NCBI GenBank assembly: GCA_963559065.1
Contig: CAUWIY010000002.1
Location: 70,002 to 134,001 of the forward strand
Reading direction: 5' to 3'
Length of the DNA stretch: 64,000 nucleotides
DNA from: an uncultured Clostridia bacterium
GTDB taxonomy: Bacteria > Bacillota > Clostridia > TANB77 > CAG-508
The position numbers and the translations under genes were made by a program. The first letter of the stretch is position 1, and each line of letters opens with the position of its first letter. Positions 20,552-29,780 of the stretch are shown piece by piece. A model generated the notes under the pieces. It was not told the DNA's origin. It saw only the letters and a list, made by a program, of their open reading frames with translations, and did not search any database.

Positions 20552-21550
20552 CTATCTTTTTCCCAATAATTTTAAAGTAAAATGTCTTATTTTAAAAAAC
20601 ATATTTCCAATTGCAGGTGTATTCATTATCATAAAATTTTCTACATAATATATAAATGTTTCGTTTCTATATAATTTATGAAAAATTCTCCAGTTTTTTA
20701 AGTTCATGTGTTTTTTATTTTTTATGTCTTCAAAATATTCTAATGCCTTTTTATTTTGTTTTTTTAGTTCTTCTGGAAAAATTCTATCATTTTCTACATA
20801 TGTTTTAAATAAGTCTAGTTTTACTTCTATAAACAGTTTTCTTACATCTTGAATTTTTTTAAATTTATGTGATATTTTATCTGTTCCTACTTGATTATTC
20901 CCATGTTGCCTGTATTTTATTGTTTTTTCGTTTAAATATGCAACCTTTCCATGTAAACTTATTATTAATCCTATCCATGTATCGTGTATTACATATTTGG
21001 CTTTTGGTATTGGTATTATTTTTTCTATAAATTCTTTTTTTGATAATAATGTACACCCTGTGACACAATTATATAGGTATTGTAGTTCATAATTGTTTAT
21101 ACATTTTTCTATTTTCCTTGAAAGTAGCATAAAATCATTAAATGATGGATATATTGTTTTTAAATTTTCGTCAACTACTTCTAAGTCTGTAAATACTAAA
21201 TCTGCATTTGTTTCTTTTAGTTTGTTATATGTTTTTTCTACTTTTTCTGGAAGCCAGCAGTCATCTTGATCTGATAACATGTATAAATCATTTTCTACTT
21301 TTGTTAATAAAAATTCGAAATTTTTTACATATCCTAAATTATTTTCTTGAAAATATGCAGTTACTCTACTATCCTTTTTTTCATATTCTTTTATTATTTC
21401 CCTTGTCTTGTCTTTTGAACAATCATCTGAAATTATTAATCTAATATTTGAATATGTTTGGTTTAAAATACTTTCTATTTGTTCTTTTAGATATTTTTCT
21501 CCATTATAAGTTGCCATTAAAATATCTATTTGTTCCATAATTATTATCAT
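20552..21550 (-). CDS. GT2 glycosyltransferase (WbbL/RgpB-like rhamnosyltransferase family)
   Basis: Motifs DILMATYNGEKYLKEQIESILNQTY, ISDDCSKD and SDQDD. Confidence 0.8.
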   Translation of the reverse strand: MIIIMEQIDILMATYNGEKYLKEQIESILNQTYSNIRLIISDDCSKDKTREIIKEYEKKDSRVTAYFQENNLGYVKNFEFLLTKVENDLYMLSDQDDCWLPEKVEKTYNKLKETNADLVFTDLEVVDENLKTIYPSFNDFMLLSRKIEKCINNYELQYLYNCVTGCTLLSKKEFIEKIIPIPKAKYVIHDTWIGLIISLHGKVAYLNEKTIKYRQHGNNQVGTDKISHKFKKIQDVRKLFIEVKLDLFKTYVENDRIFPEELKKQNKKALEYFEDIKNKKHMNLKNWRIFHKLYRNETFIYYVENFMIMNTPAIGNMFFKIRHFTLKLLGKR

Positions 21551-21591
21551 TCCTCTTCCTAAGATAGTTTTTATTTGTTTCTGTTTAATTT

Positions 21592-22578
21592 TTATTTAGA
21601 ATTGCCTCCAATTGATATTGTAATATCTCCATCTTTAGCTACATAATTTGTCTTTACACCAATTTGTTCCATCCATTCTCTAGTTTGTATCGTTTTATAG
21701 TGTGCTGTGTTGAATCCCTGTCCAATGTTATTATCCCATAACCAACCTTGTGTTGGCCATAAACATATTTCCGGTTGTACTAATTGATATAATTCTTTTG
21801 TTGCTCCATTTTGTCCATGATGTGACATTTGTACTATATCACTTTTTAATTCTGTCCCATATTGTTTTATTAATTTTTGAGATTCTTCTACTCCTGCGTC
21901 TCCTAAAAATAGTATTGTTTGGTCATTTACATACATTTTAAATACCATGCTCGAATTATTTATTGCATTATTAGTAATTTCTGGATTTGCAAGTTCTAAT
22001 ATTTCTACTTTTAAGTTTTTTTCAATATCTATAATTTCTCCAATTTGTGGCGTTTTTGCTATTGGCTTTATTTTATCATTTTCTATTGTTTTCTTAAATT
22101 CTTCTATTTCTCCTAATCTATCATGTTCGTATTTATCATACCATTCTAAGCTGTTTATACTATAATATACATTTTTAATTTCTATATCAGAGTTTTGAAC
22201 TATATCAATAAAAGCTCCTACATGGTCTTTATGTGGATGTGTTATAAACCAATAGTCAACCGTATTTCCGTTTTTCTCTATATATTGTTTTAATGTGTCT
22301 TTTTCTATTTTTAATCCACCATCAACTACAATTGTTTTATTATTTTTTGTCTTTATAAAATATCCCATCATACTATTATCACTTCTAGCAGATAATTGTG
22401 TCAATTCTATTTTTGCTTTGCTATTTTCTATAACAGCAATTGTTATTACTAGCAAAATTATTAATGATGTTAGCAATATTATTAATAGTTTTGCCACTTT
22501 TGGTATTTTACTTTTCTTTGCCCTCTTTGATTTTTTATATGAAAATATAGTATTATTTTCCTTATTTGTTTTGTTCAC
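21592..22578 (-). CDS. membrane-anchored metallo-beta-lactamase-fold hydrolase (ComEC C-terminal-domain type)
   Basis: N-terminal TM segment LLIILLTSLIILLVITIAVI. Motifs HPHKDHVG (HxHxDH), LGDAG and SHHG. Start overlaps the wzt stop by 17 nt. Confidence 0.75.
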   Translation of the reverse strand: MNKTNKENNTIFSYKKSKRAKKSKIPKVAKLLIILLTSLIILLVITIAVIENSKAKIELTQLSARSDNSMMGYFIKTKNNKTIVVDGGLKIEKDTLKQYIEKNGNTVDYWFITHPHKDHVGAFIDIVQNSDIEIKNVYYSINSLEWYDKYEHDRLGEIEEFKKTIENDKIKPIAKTPQIGEIIDIEKNLKVEILELANPEITNNAINNSSMVFKMYVNDQTILFLGDAGVEESQKLIKQYGTELKSDIVQMSHHGQNGATKELYQLVQPEICLWPTQGWLWDNNIGQGFNTAHYKTIQTREWMEQIGVKTNYVAKDGDITISIGGNSK

Positions 22579-23869
22579 CGTTTTCCTCTCTTATCACATT
22601 GATTTTTGTGTCTAATTTAGCTATTCCTACACATTCTTTATTAGACATAATTTCTATTAATAAAGCTTCATATTTTCTGTTTAGTACTTCTAATTCTCCT
22701 TTTGCATTTATGTGTGTACAGCTGAATGACAATGTGTATTTATTTGGTGCTAGTGGTAATTTTTGAATAAATTCTACTTCTACTATGTCTCCTTTTTGAA
22801 ATTTTCCTGGATAAATTTTTTCAATCATTGTATTTGTTCCAGCAACTTCTACTCCATTGAAATTTTTTATTGTCATTGTAAATATTGGATTATCTATTTC
22901 TTTATTAAATTTTATTTTTGATTTTAATATAACTTCTTTTTCATTATCTATTATTGTTAAGTATTTTCTATCTGTATCAAAAATTCCATAGTCAATTACT
23001 TCTGCATCTAAGTTTCCATATTCGATTAAATTTGGATTTTGATTAAAATGTGATTTCCATGTATTAGGATTGTTGTCAATTTTCACTTCGTCTTCTACTA
23101 ATTCTATGTTGCTATTTTTTGGAGCATTTCCTGTGATAATTTTTTTATATAGTTCAACACCTTCTTTTACATCTCCATCAAATGTCTTTTTTCCATTTTC
23201 TAATATTATTACTTTTGTACAGTTTTTTAAAATATCTGATACGCTGTGTGTTACAAATAATATTGTTTTTCCTTTTGATTTAAATTCTTCAAATTTTTTG
23301 AAACATTTTAATTGAAACGCCATGTCTCCAACTGATAATACCTCATCTACTATTAAGATATCTGGGTCAACATTTATGGCACATGCAAATGCAAGTCTTG
23401 CAAACATACCTGATGAATATGTTTTTACTGGTTGATATAAATGGTCTCCTATATCTGCAAAATCTATAATATCTTGTTTTGTTGCTTCTATTTCTTCTTT
23501 TGTTAACCCCATAACTTGTCCATGTTGATATATGTTTTCTTCTCCTGTAAGTTCAGAGTTAAAAGCTGTTCCAAGTTCAAGTAATGAGCTAATTTTTCCA
23601 TTTACTTTTAAACTACCTGATGTTGGTACAACAACTCCAGTTATCATTTTTAATAAAGTTGATTTTCCTGCTCCATTTTTTCCTAGAATTCCTAGAGCTT
23701 CTCCTTTTTTTACTGTTAGGTCTAGGTGATTTGTTGCTGTAAAATCTGTATGTCTATTCATTCGCGGAAATATAGCTTCTAATAGTCTGTCTTGCTTTTT
23801 ATTAAACATCTTATATTTTTTAACTAAGTCTTTTATTTCAATAGCGTTTTCTTCTTGTTCTTTACTCAT
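22562..23869 (-). CDS. wzt: polysaccharide ABC exporter ATP-binding protein with C-terminal glycan-binding extension
   Basis: Walker A GKNGAGKST, signature YSSGM, Walker B ILIVDE. About 180 extra C-terminal residues are beta-rich, as in the Wzt C-terminal domain. Confidence 0.85.
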   Translation of the reverse strand: MSKEQEENAIEIKDLVKKYKMFNKKQDRLLEAIFPRMNRHTDFTATNHLDLTVKKGEALGILGKNGAGKSTLLKMITGVVVPTSGSLKVNGKISSLLELGTAFNSELTGEENIYQHGQVMGLTKEEIEATKQDIIDFADIGDHLYQPVKTYSSGMFARLAFACAINVDPDILIVDEVLSVGDMAFQLKCFKKFEEFKSKGKTILFVTHSVSDILKNCTKVIILENGKKTFDGDVKEGVELYKKIITGNAPKNSNIELVEDEVKIDNNPNTWKSHFNQNPNLIEYGNLDAEVIDYGIFDTDRKYLTIIDNEKEVILKSKIKFNKEIDNPIFTMTIKNFNGVEVAGTNTMIEKIYPGKFQKGDIVEVEFIQKLPLAPNKYTLSFSCTHINAKGELEVLNRKYEALLIEIMSNKECVGIAKLDTKINVIREENGEQNK

Positions 23870-23936
23870 TTTATTATCCTTTCTTAGGTTCTTTTATGAT
23901 TTATAATTTATGATTTTACTTTTTTATATGGTCTTT

Positions 23937-24728
23937 TTATAAAACGTCAGCAAAGTCTTTTTTTGTTCTTTTGAATACTGAGTTTCCCCATACAAACATC
24001 AATATAGTTATTACCCAAAACACAATAGTAAACATTCCATTATTAGCAAATACTATTCCATCACTTATAAATACTTCCCTAAATGCTGTTATTAAGTATG
24101 TAAATGGTGTACATTTCATTAATGTTAGTATCGTTTGATGTCCTGAAAGCATACTTAAATTCCAAATTACTGGTGTAAACCAGAAAAATAGTTGCATTGC
24201 AATATTTAATAAGTTGGCAAAGTCTGGTACAACTGTTGTAACAGCTGATGTAAATCTTGTAAATGCTATTATAAAACAGTATGTGGCAAACACAACATAT
24301 AAAAGTAATAAAACATTTGGCATATAATTAAAAATCATACATAATACTGTTGCTATTAATAACAAAAATAGTCCAACAAAGCTTGATGCTACTATTGATA
24401 TTGTAGGAATTATATCAACTGGGAATACTACTTTTTTTACTAAATAACTATATGTTCTAATTGAACCACTTGCTGATAATATACTATCATTTATCCACTG
24501 CCACATTGCCATTCCAGGGAAAAACCATACAACATATGGGTCATCTCCACTACTTCCTGTTTTTAGTATGTACTGGAATACTATTGCATATGTTAGCATA
24601 AATACAAATGGCTGTAAAAATCCCCATATTGCTCCTAAACTAGTATTTGCAAATCTATTTTTAAAATCATTTTTTCCTAATTGAAAAATTAAGCTTTTAT
24701 TTTTTATTATTTGTTTTAAAAAATCCAT
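23937..24728 (-). CDS. wzm: ABC-2 type polysaccharide exporter permease
   Basis: 263 aa, 6 TM segments. N-terminal KNDFKNRFANTSLGAIWGFLQP is typical of TagG/Wzm. Confidence 0.85.
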   Translation of the reverse strand: MDFLKQIIKNKSLIFQLGKNDFKNRFANTSLGAIWGFLQPFVFMLTYAIVFQYILKTGSSGDDPYVVWFFPGMAMWQWINDSILSASGSIRTYSYLVKKVVFPVDIIPTISIVASSFVGLFLLLIATVLCMIFNYMPNVLLLLYVVFATYCFIIAFTRFTSAVTTVVPDFANLLNIAMQLFFWFTPVIWNLSMLSGHQTILTLMKCTPFTYLITAFREVFISDGIVFANNGMFTIVFWVITILMFVWGNSVFKRTKKDFADVL

Positions 24729-24767
24729 TATTTCTCTCCTATTTTTTTCTTTAAAAAATCTTTTTAT

Positions 24768-24796
24768 ATTGTATATTTAAAACTCTTTTTTGTCAA
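24768..24796 (-). promoter_or_regulatory. sigma-70-type promoter of the wzm-led operon
   Basis: On the minus strand: TTGACA (24791-24796), 17-nt spacer, TACAAT (24768-24773). About 35 nt upstream of the wzm RBS. Confidence 0.55.
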
Positions 24797-24797
24797 C

Positions 24798-24837
24798 AAA
24801 AACAGCCTATTTTTCGCTATAAAAATAGGCTGTTTTG
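24798..24837. terminator. bidirectional intrinsic terminator
   Basis: Perfect 16-bp stem AAAACAGCCTATTTTT/AAAAATAGGCTGTTTT with a 6-nt loop. A/T runs flank both sides. Separates the 252-aa gene from the wzm promoter. Confidence 0.7.
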
Positions 24838-24895
24838 TATATTTATATTTTTTACCAACAATCATTTTTGATTGATATTAAAGTACCTTCTTGTA

Positions 24896-25654
24896 TTACT
24901 CAACTTGTTCAGACATTAAATTTAATACACTTTGAAAAATTTCTGCTTCACTTAGCATCTTTTTTGTGTTTTCTGTAATAAAAATAATGTTTCTATTTTC
25001 ATCTGTAAAATATTCATAATTTTGGAACATGTCTAATTTTTCAAAATTGAAATCTAATATCTCTCCTGATATATCATCTATAATATAACAAATACTTGAA
25101 ATATTCAATATAAATAGTTTATTAGAATTAATTATTTTTTCCAAAGCTATGTCATTGTCATTTTGCATATTTTTGTTAATAATTTTTAGATATCCATCAT
25201 CGTCTATTTTATATGTTGACTTTGTGTTGTTCTTTATTATTTTTAACATTTTTTCTCTACTATTATTTTCTATCCATATTCCGTTATTTTTAGGATGATT
25301 TGTTTCTATTATATTATCTAATTCATTCATTTCTGGTTTTTGTTTTTTTATCATACCTGCAAATGCGACTTTGTATTTTATATTTGGTTTTATAACTGCT
25401 ATTTCTTTATCGTCATATCCTTTTTGAATTTCATATAATTCTGTATTGCCTGTTATCCCTATTTCGTTTTTTATTTCTTCAACTTTTTCTACACTCTGCT
25501 CGATTAGATTGTTTTCTTCTAAATTTTGTTCATCCACTAAATTATTTTCTGTTTTTACCCAAAATTTATTATTTTTTATGCCTAAAAATATTATTATAAA
25601 TATTAATATCAATATTATTAAACATGTATAAATAATTTTCTTATTTTTAATCAT
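24896..25654 (-). CDS. hypothetical membrane-anchored protein
   Basis: 252 aa. One N-terminal TM segment (IIYTCLIILILIFIIIFLGI), then an Asn/Glu/Ile-rich ectodomain. No recognisable motif. Confidence 0.5.
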   Translation of the reverse strand: MIKNKKIIYTCLIILILIFIIIFLGIKNNKFWVKTENNLVDEQNLEENNLIEQSVEKVEEIKNEIGITGNTELYEIQKGYDDKEIAVIKPNIKYKVAFAGMIKKQKPEMNELDNIIETNHPKNNGIWIENNSREKMLKIIKNNTKSTYKIDDDGYLKIINKNMQNDNDIALEKIINSNKLFILNISSICYIIDDISGEILDFNFEKLDMFQNYEYFTDENRNIIFITENTKKMLSEAEIFQSVLNLMSEQVE

Positions 25655-25685
25655 TTAAGCTTAGTTCCCTTCTTAGATTAACGAG

Positions 25686-28553
25686 TTACATATTTCTTAA
25701 CATTGCTAATGTTGCTTCTATATATCTATTAGAGAAATTTTTGTCTACTACTGATTGATGTCCTGTAACTCCTTGATATGGTAATTCTATTAATGCTGTT
25801 TTTGCAGGTCTTGAATTAGATGCTAAATATGTTCTTGCCCAATTTATTAAAAATTGTGTTCCATATCTTCCTATTGATGATCTATCTGATTCTGGAAATT
25901 GTTGTAGATAATAGCTAGATATTTCTGGGTCTCCTATTACTTGTTGCATCCAACCATGTAGGTCTACCAATAATGTTTGACCATTTTGTGATTTATGTGT
26001 TATTAAAAAGTCTCTTAGTGCTTGTGCTTCATATGCTTGAAATCCTTGTGTACCATTATAATTTCTGTCACCTGTAAATCTTGTATATCCACTACCTATT
26101 TGCCATGACCTATTTAAGTCTATTCCTTTATTTCCTGGTGCTTGACTATATAATGTTGTTCTTCCTGGGCCATTATGTGTCCACCCATTATTTAATCCAT
26201 CATTATTAACTCCAGGGAATATGTATATAGTCCATTTATCTGCTATTGCATAATCATAGTCACTAATTAATCTATTATAAAAGTCATTTGCTATTGTTAC
26301 TAATTCTTGTCCATCTTTTCCCCATAAATCTTCATATCCATGTATTGCAAATGTTGCAAAAAATACATTTGGTCCACTTCCAAATTTATAGTAGGTTAAA
26401 TCACTTCCTCCTCTTCCTGCAACTTTTAATCCTGTTTTTCCATAAACCCCTTTTGATATATCAATTTTTTTACATACTTCAAAAGTTCTTTTTTCTTCTT
26501 TTAATACTTTTCCTTTTTCATCAATAAATTGTACTTTTAAGTTTTTGTTTCCTAAATCTTCATTTGTAAAGTCTATTGTAAATTCAAATCCTGGTTTTGG
26601 ATTTTTTTCTTCTCCTCCATAACCTTTTACCACATCTAGTACATCTTGTCTTTCTGTTCTAATTATTTGTGGAGATATTATTTTATCTTGTAAAACAACT
26701 TGTATTTTTACATTTGGTATATTAGTCATTAACCAGCCTGAAAATTTAAATTTATCTTGTTTTACTTTTGCAGGAATATATCCATCTAGGTAGGCATCTA
26801 ATTTGTCATTTTTTATTTTTGGAACTATTTTAATTTCTATTGCTTCTATTTTTCTGTTTTGTCCAGTTGTTCCTGAAGTCTCGCCGTCATTTGCCCAGTT
26901 TTGCCATCCCTTTCCATTTAAGTAAGTTCTATACATTATAGAATATTCATTTGTTCCTTCTAATTTTATTTTAACTGCTTCTACCTTTTTATTTTGTCCT
27001 GTTGTTCCACTTTGTTTATCATCTGTTTTCCAATCATTTTCCCAACCATAATCTTGTACATGTGATTTATAATATATTTTTGTATTTTCTGGTAAGTTTT
27101 TAGAAACTATTTTTAATGCTTCTATTTTTTTATCTTGTCCTATTACTCCTGATGTTTTGCCTTGACCTGCATATTCTTGCCATCCATAGTCCTGTACATG
27201 TGTTGTATATTTTACAACAAAATTTGTATGATCTATGCTTATTGTTTTTTCTATACTATTTAATTTAATTTTTCCGTCTTTTGTAAATAGTTCTAATTTA
27301 ATTTTATGTTTTCCATCTGTTAATTTGTTTGTAATTTCACTTGGAATTGTTATTATAAATTTTGGGGTTGGATTTTGATTTTTTGTTCCATACTCTGGGT
27401 ACTCTTCATATATTTCTTCATATTTTTCTTTTTTAATATTTATGTTAGCTTCTTCTAAAAGTTCATTGTTTAAATAAACTTTAATTTTAGAATTTGTAAC
27501 ATTTGATAAAGCCCATCCTTCAATCTTTATATCATCATTTTTATAAAATGTTATATTTTCTATTCCATTTGTAATGTTAATTTTGCCCTTTTGTTGTTTT
27601 TTAACAATTTTTATCTCAATAGCTTCCATTCTTCTGTTTTCACCTGTTGTTCCTGCTATATCTCCATCTGATTTCCATTCTTGCCAACCTTTATCTTGCA
27701 AATACACTCTATATAAAACAGAATATTCCTCTGTGCTATCTAGTCTAATTCTAATAGCTTCTAATTTTTTATTTTGTCCTGTTGAACCAGATTCTTGTCC
27801 ATTTTCTTTCCATTCTTTTTCCCATCCAAAGTCTTGTACATGTGTTTTATATTGTATTTTTATTGGTAAATTTTTAATATCTATTCTTATTGCTTCCATT
27901 TTTAATTTGTTTTGTGAGTCTCCAGATGTTTGTCCATTGTTTACATATTTTTGCCAGCCTCTCCATTCCAAATGTGTTTGGTACATAACACTAATTGTTT
28001 TTGGTATAATTCTTATTTCAACTGCTTCTATTTTCAATTGTAATTCTGGTAATCCTGCTACTTTACCATCAGATACCCATTCTTGCCAACCTCTATCTTG
28101 TACATGTACTCTATATTCTACAGAATAATTTTGTGTATTTATTAATTGGATTTTTATTGCTTGCATTCTTTTGTTTTGTCCTGTTGTTCCCGCAATTTCT
28201 CCATCTTCTTTCCACTCTTGCCAGCCCTCTCCTTGAACTTCTACTTGATATTTAATTTTCATATTATTTGGTGCATTTTTTAGTTTTATTTTTATTGCTT
28301 CATTTTTCTTATTTTTTCCCGTTGAACCAGACTCTTGTCCGTTTTCTTTTGAAAACTCTTGCTCCCATCCAAAGTCTTGCACATGTGAACTGTACACAAC
28401 ACTTACCTCATCTTTTGGGCTAATAGATTCTGCATTGATATTGTTTGTGTTTGTATTATTTGCTTGTATATTTACACAATTTAGTGCTAATGCTGACATT
28501 GTTAGTATAATTAAAAGTGGTTTCATTATTTTTTCATTTTTAAAAATCTTCAT
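25686..28553 (-). CDS. secreted ChW-repeat protein with C-terminal M14-like zinc peptidase domain
   Basis: Signal peptide, then nine Y-x-[ST]-H-V-Q-D-x-G-W...G-T-x-G-x-x-[KR]-x-E-A-I repeats (ChW). Two paralogous beta-sandwich modules. C-terminal HxxE (AIHGYED) plus a distal His (VDLHGW). Confidence 0.75.
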   Translation of the reverse strand: MKIFKNEKIMKPLLIILTMSALALNCVNIQANNTNTNNINAESISPKDEVSVVYSSHVQDFGWEQEFSKENGQESGSTGKNKKNEAIKIKLKNAPNNMKIKYQVEVQGEGWQEWKEDGEIAGTTGQNKRMQAIKIQLINTQNYSVEYRVHVQDRGWQEWVSDGKVAGLPELQLKIEAVEIRIIPKTISVMYQTHLEWRGWQKYVNNGQTSGDSQNKLKMEAIRIDIKNLPIKIQYKTHVQDFGWEKEWKENGQESGSTGQNKKLEAIRIRLDSTEEYSVLYRVYLQDKGWQEWKSDGDIAGTTGENRRMEAIEIKIVKKQQKGKINITNGIENITFYKNDDIKIEGWALSNVTNSKIKVYLNNELLEEANINIKKEKYEEIYEEYPEYGTKNQNPTPKFIITIPSEITNKLTDGKHKIKLELFTKDGKIKLNSIEKTISIDHTNFVVKYTTHVQDYGWQEYAGQGKTSGVIGQDKKIEALKIVSKNLPENTKIYYKSHVQDYGWENDWKTDDKQSGTTGQNKKVEAVKIKLEGTNEYSIMYRTYLNGKGWQNWANDGETSGTTGQNRKIEAIEIKIVPKIKNDKLDAYLDGYIPAKVKQDKFKFSGWLMTNIPNVKIQVVLQDKIISPQIIRTERQDVLDVVKGYGGEEKNPKPGFEFTIDFTNEDLGNKNLKVQFIDEKGKVLKEEKRTFEVCKKIDISKGVYGKTGLKVAGRGGSDLTYYKFGSGPNVFFATFAIHGYEDLWGKDGQELVTIANDFYNRLISDYDYAIADKWTIYIFPGVNNDGLNNGWTHNGPGRTTLYSQAPGNKGIDLNRSWQIGSGYTRFTGDRNYNGTQGFQAYEAQALRDFLITHKSQNGQTLLVDLHGWMQQVIGDPEISSYYLQQFPESDRSSIGRYGTQFLINWARTYLASNSRPAKTALIELPYQGVTGHQSVVDKNFSNRYIEATLAMLRNM

Positions 28554-28697
28554 TCGTTTTTCCTCCGACTTTTTACAAAAATATTCTCTCTATATATATA
28601 GATACAAATAAAACACAAAAAAGTTTCAATTTTTTATTGAATATGTAAAAAATCTTCATTTTTTCTATTCAATAAAAGATAACTTTTCTTATATTAA

Positions 28698-29697
28698 TTA
28701 CATTAAAGCAAAAATTATATAACTAATCAATGGAAAATGTAAAATTGTAATTTCTTTTATTGCTCTCTTTTTTAATCCTTTAAATGTTAAATATTTAAAA
28801 TATTTATGTATTGGCATATATATTATTTTATGTTGTTGTGCTTTTTTAAAATATTCTATTACATTGTCTTCTTCTTTTTCTAATGTATTGTTTCCTATTT
28901 TGTTTCTATAATCTTTACACATCAAAACTCCTGCTAAGTATGTTTCTGTAATTACCATATGTCTATATTTTAAATATGATTTATAATTACTTCCATTTTC
29001 TTTTTTCCAAAGTCCGCATATTTTGTTTTAAGTTTCTTCCACCAAAAATGTTGTTTTCATGTATTCTGTATCCAAATAAAGGCTTGTCTATACAATAAAT
29101 TCCTTTTAGATTTGCTGCTATATATGTAGAGTGCCAATCGTGTGCAAATGTTTTTTCTGTAAATGGTAACATTTTTTCTTTTACATCTTTTGTTATCATT
29201 TGACTACATCCAATTGCTATATGTCTTGCAAATGGTAATATTTCTGTTTGCATTTTATAGTTTATTATTGGCATATTTTTATATCTTAAATAACTTTCGT
29301 TAATAATTTTTCCATTTGCATCAATTTGATTTGCGTCACAATATACTAAGTCTACATTTTGTTCTTTTATTGTTTTTATACATTCTTCAATTTTGTTTGG
29401 ATACCATATGTCGTCATGGTCTGAAAACGCTATGTAATTAGCTTCTGATTTATTTAGTAAAAATTCAAAGCTTTTTGTACATCCTAAATTTTTTTCTTGA
29501 AAATACAGGATAATTCTTTTGTCTTTTTTTGCATATTCGTTTAGTACTTTTCTTACTTCTTCGTTTGGTGAACAATCATCTGAAATTATTAGTGAAAAGT
29601 TTTTGTGTGTTTGTTTAAGTATACTGTCTAGCTGAATTTTTAAATATTCAATTTTTGTGTTGTATGTTGTTAATATAATATCTACTTTTTCTTCCAT
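28698..29697 (-). pseudogene. GT2 glycosyltransferase, paralog of 20552-21550, split by a frameshift
   Basis: ORF 28987-29697 (DIILTTYN, ISDDCSPN, SDHDD) stops early. The adjacent ORF 28698-28958 aligns to the C-terminus of the 332-aa paralog (VIEYFKKAQQHK versus ALEYFEDIKNKK). The second frame is open across the junction next to an A6/T6 run at 29001-29006. Confidence 0.6.
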
Positions 29698-29780
29698 TTT
29701 ATTTTCCTTTTATTTTTTTATTATCATTTTACACTTTATTTGTTTATTTATCAATATTATTATAAAATTTAATTATCTAA

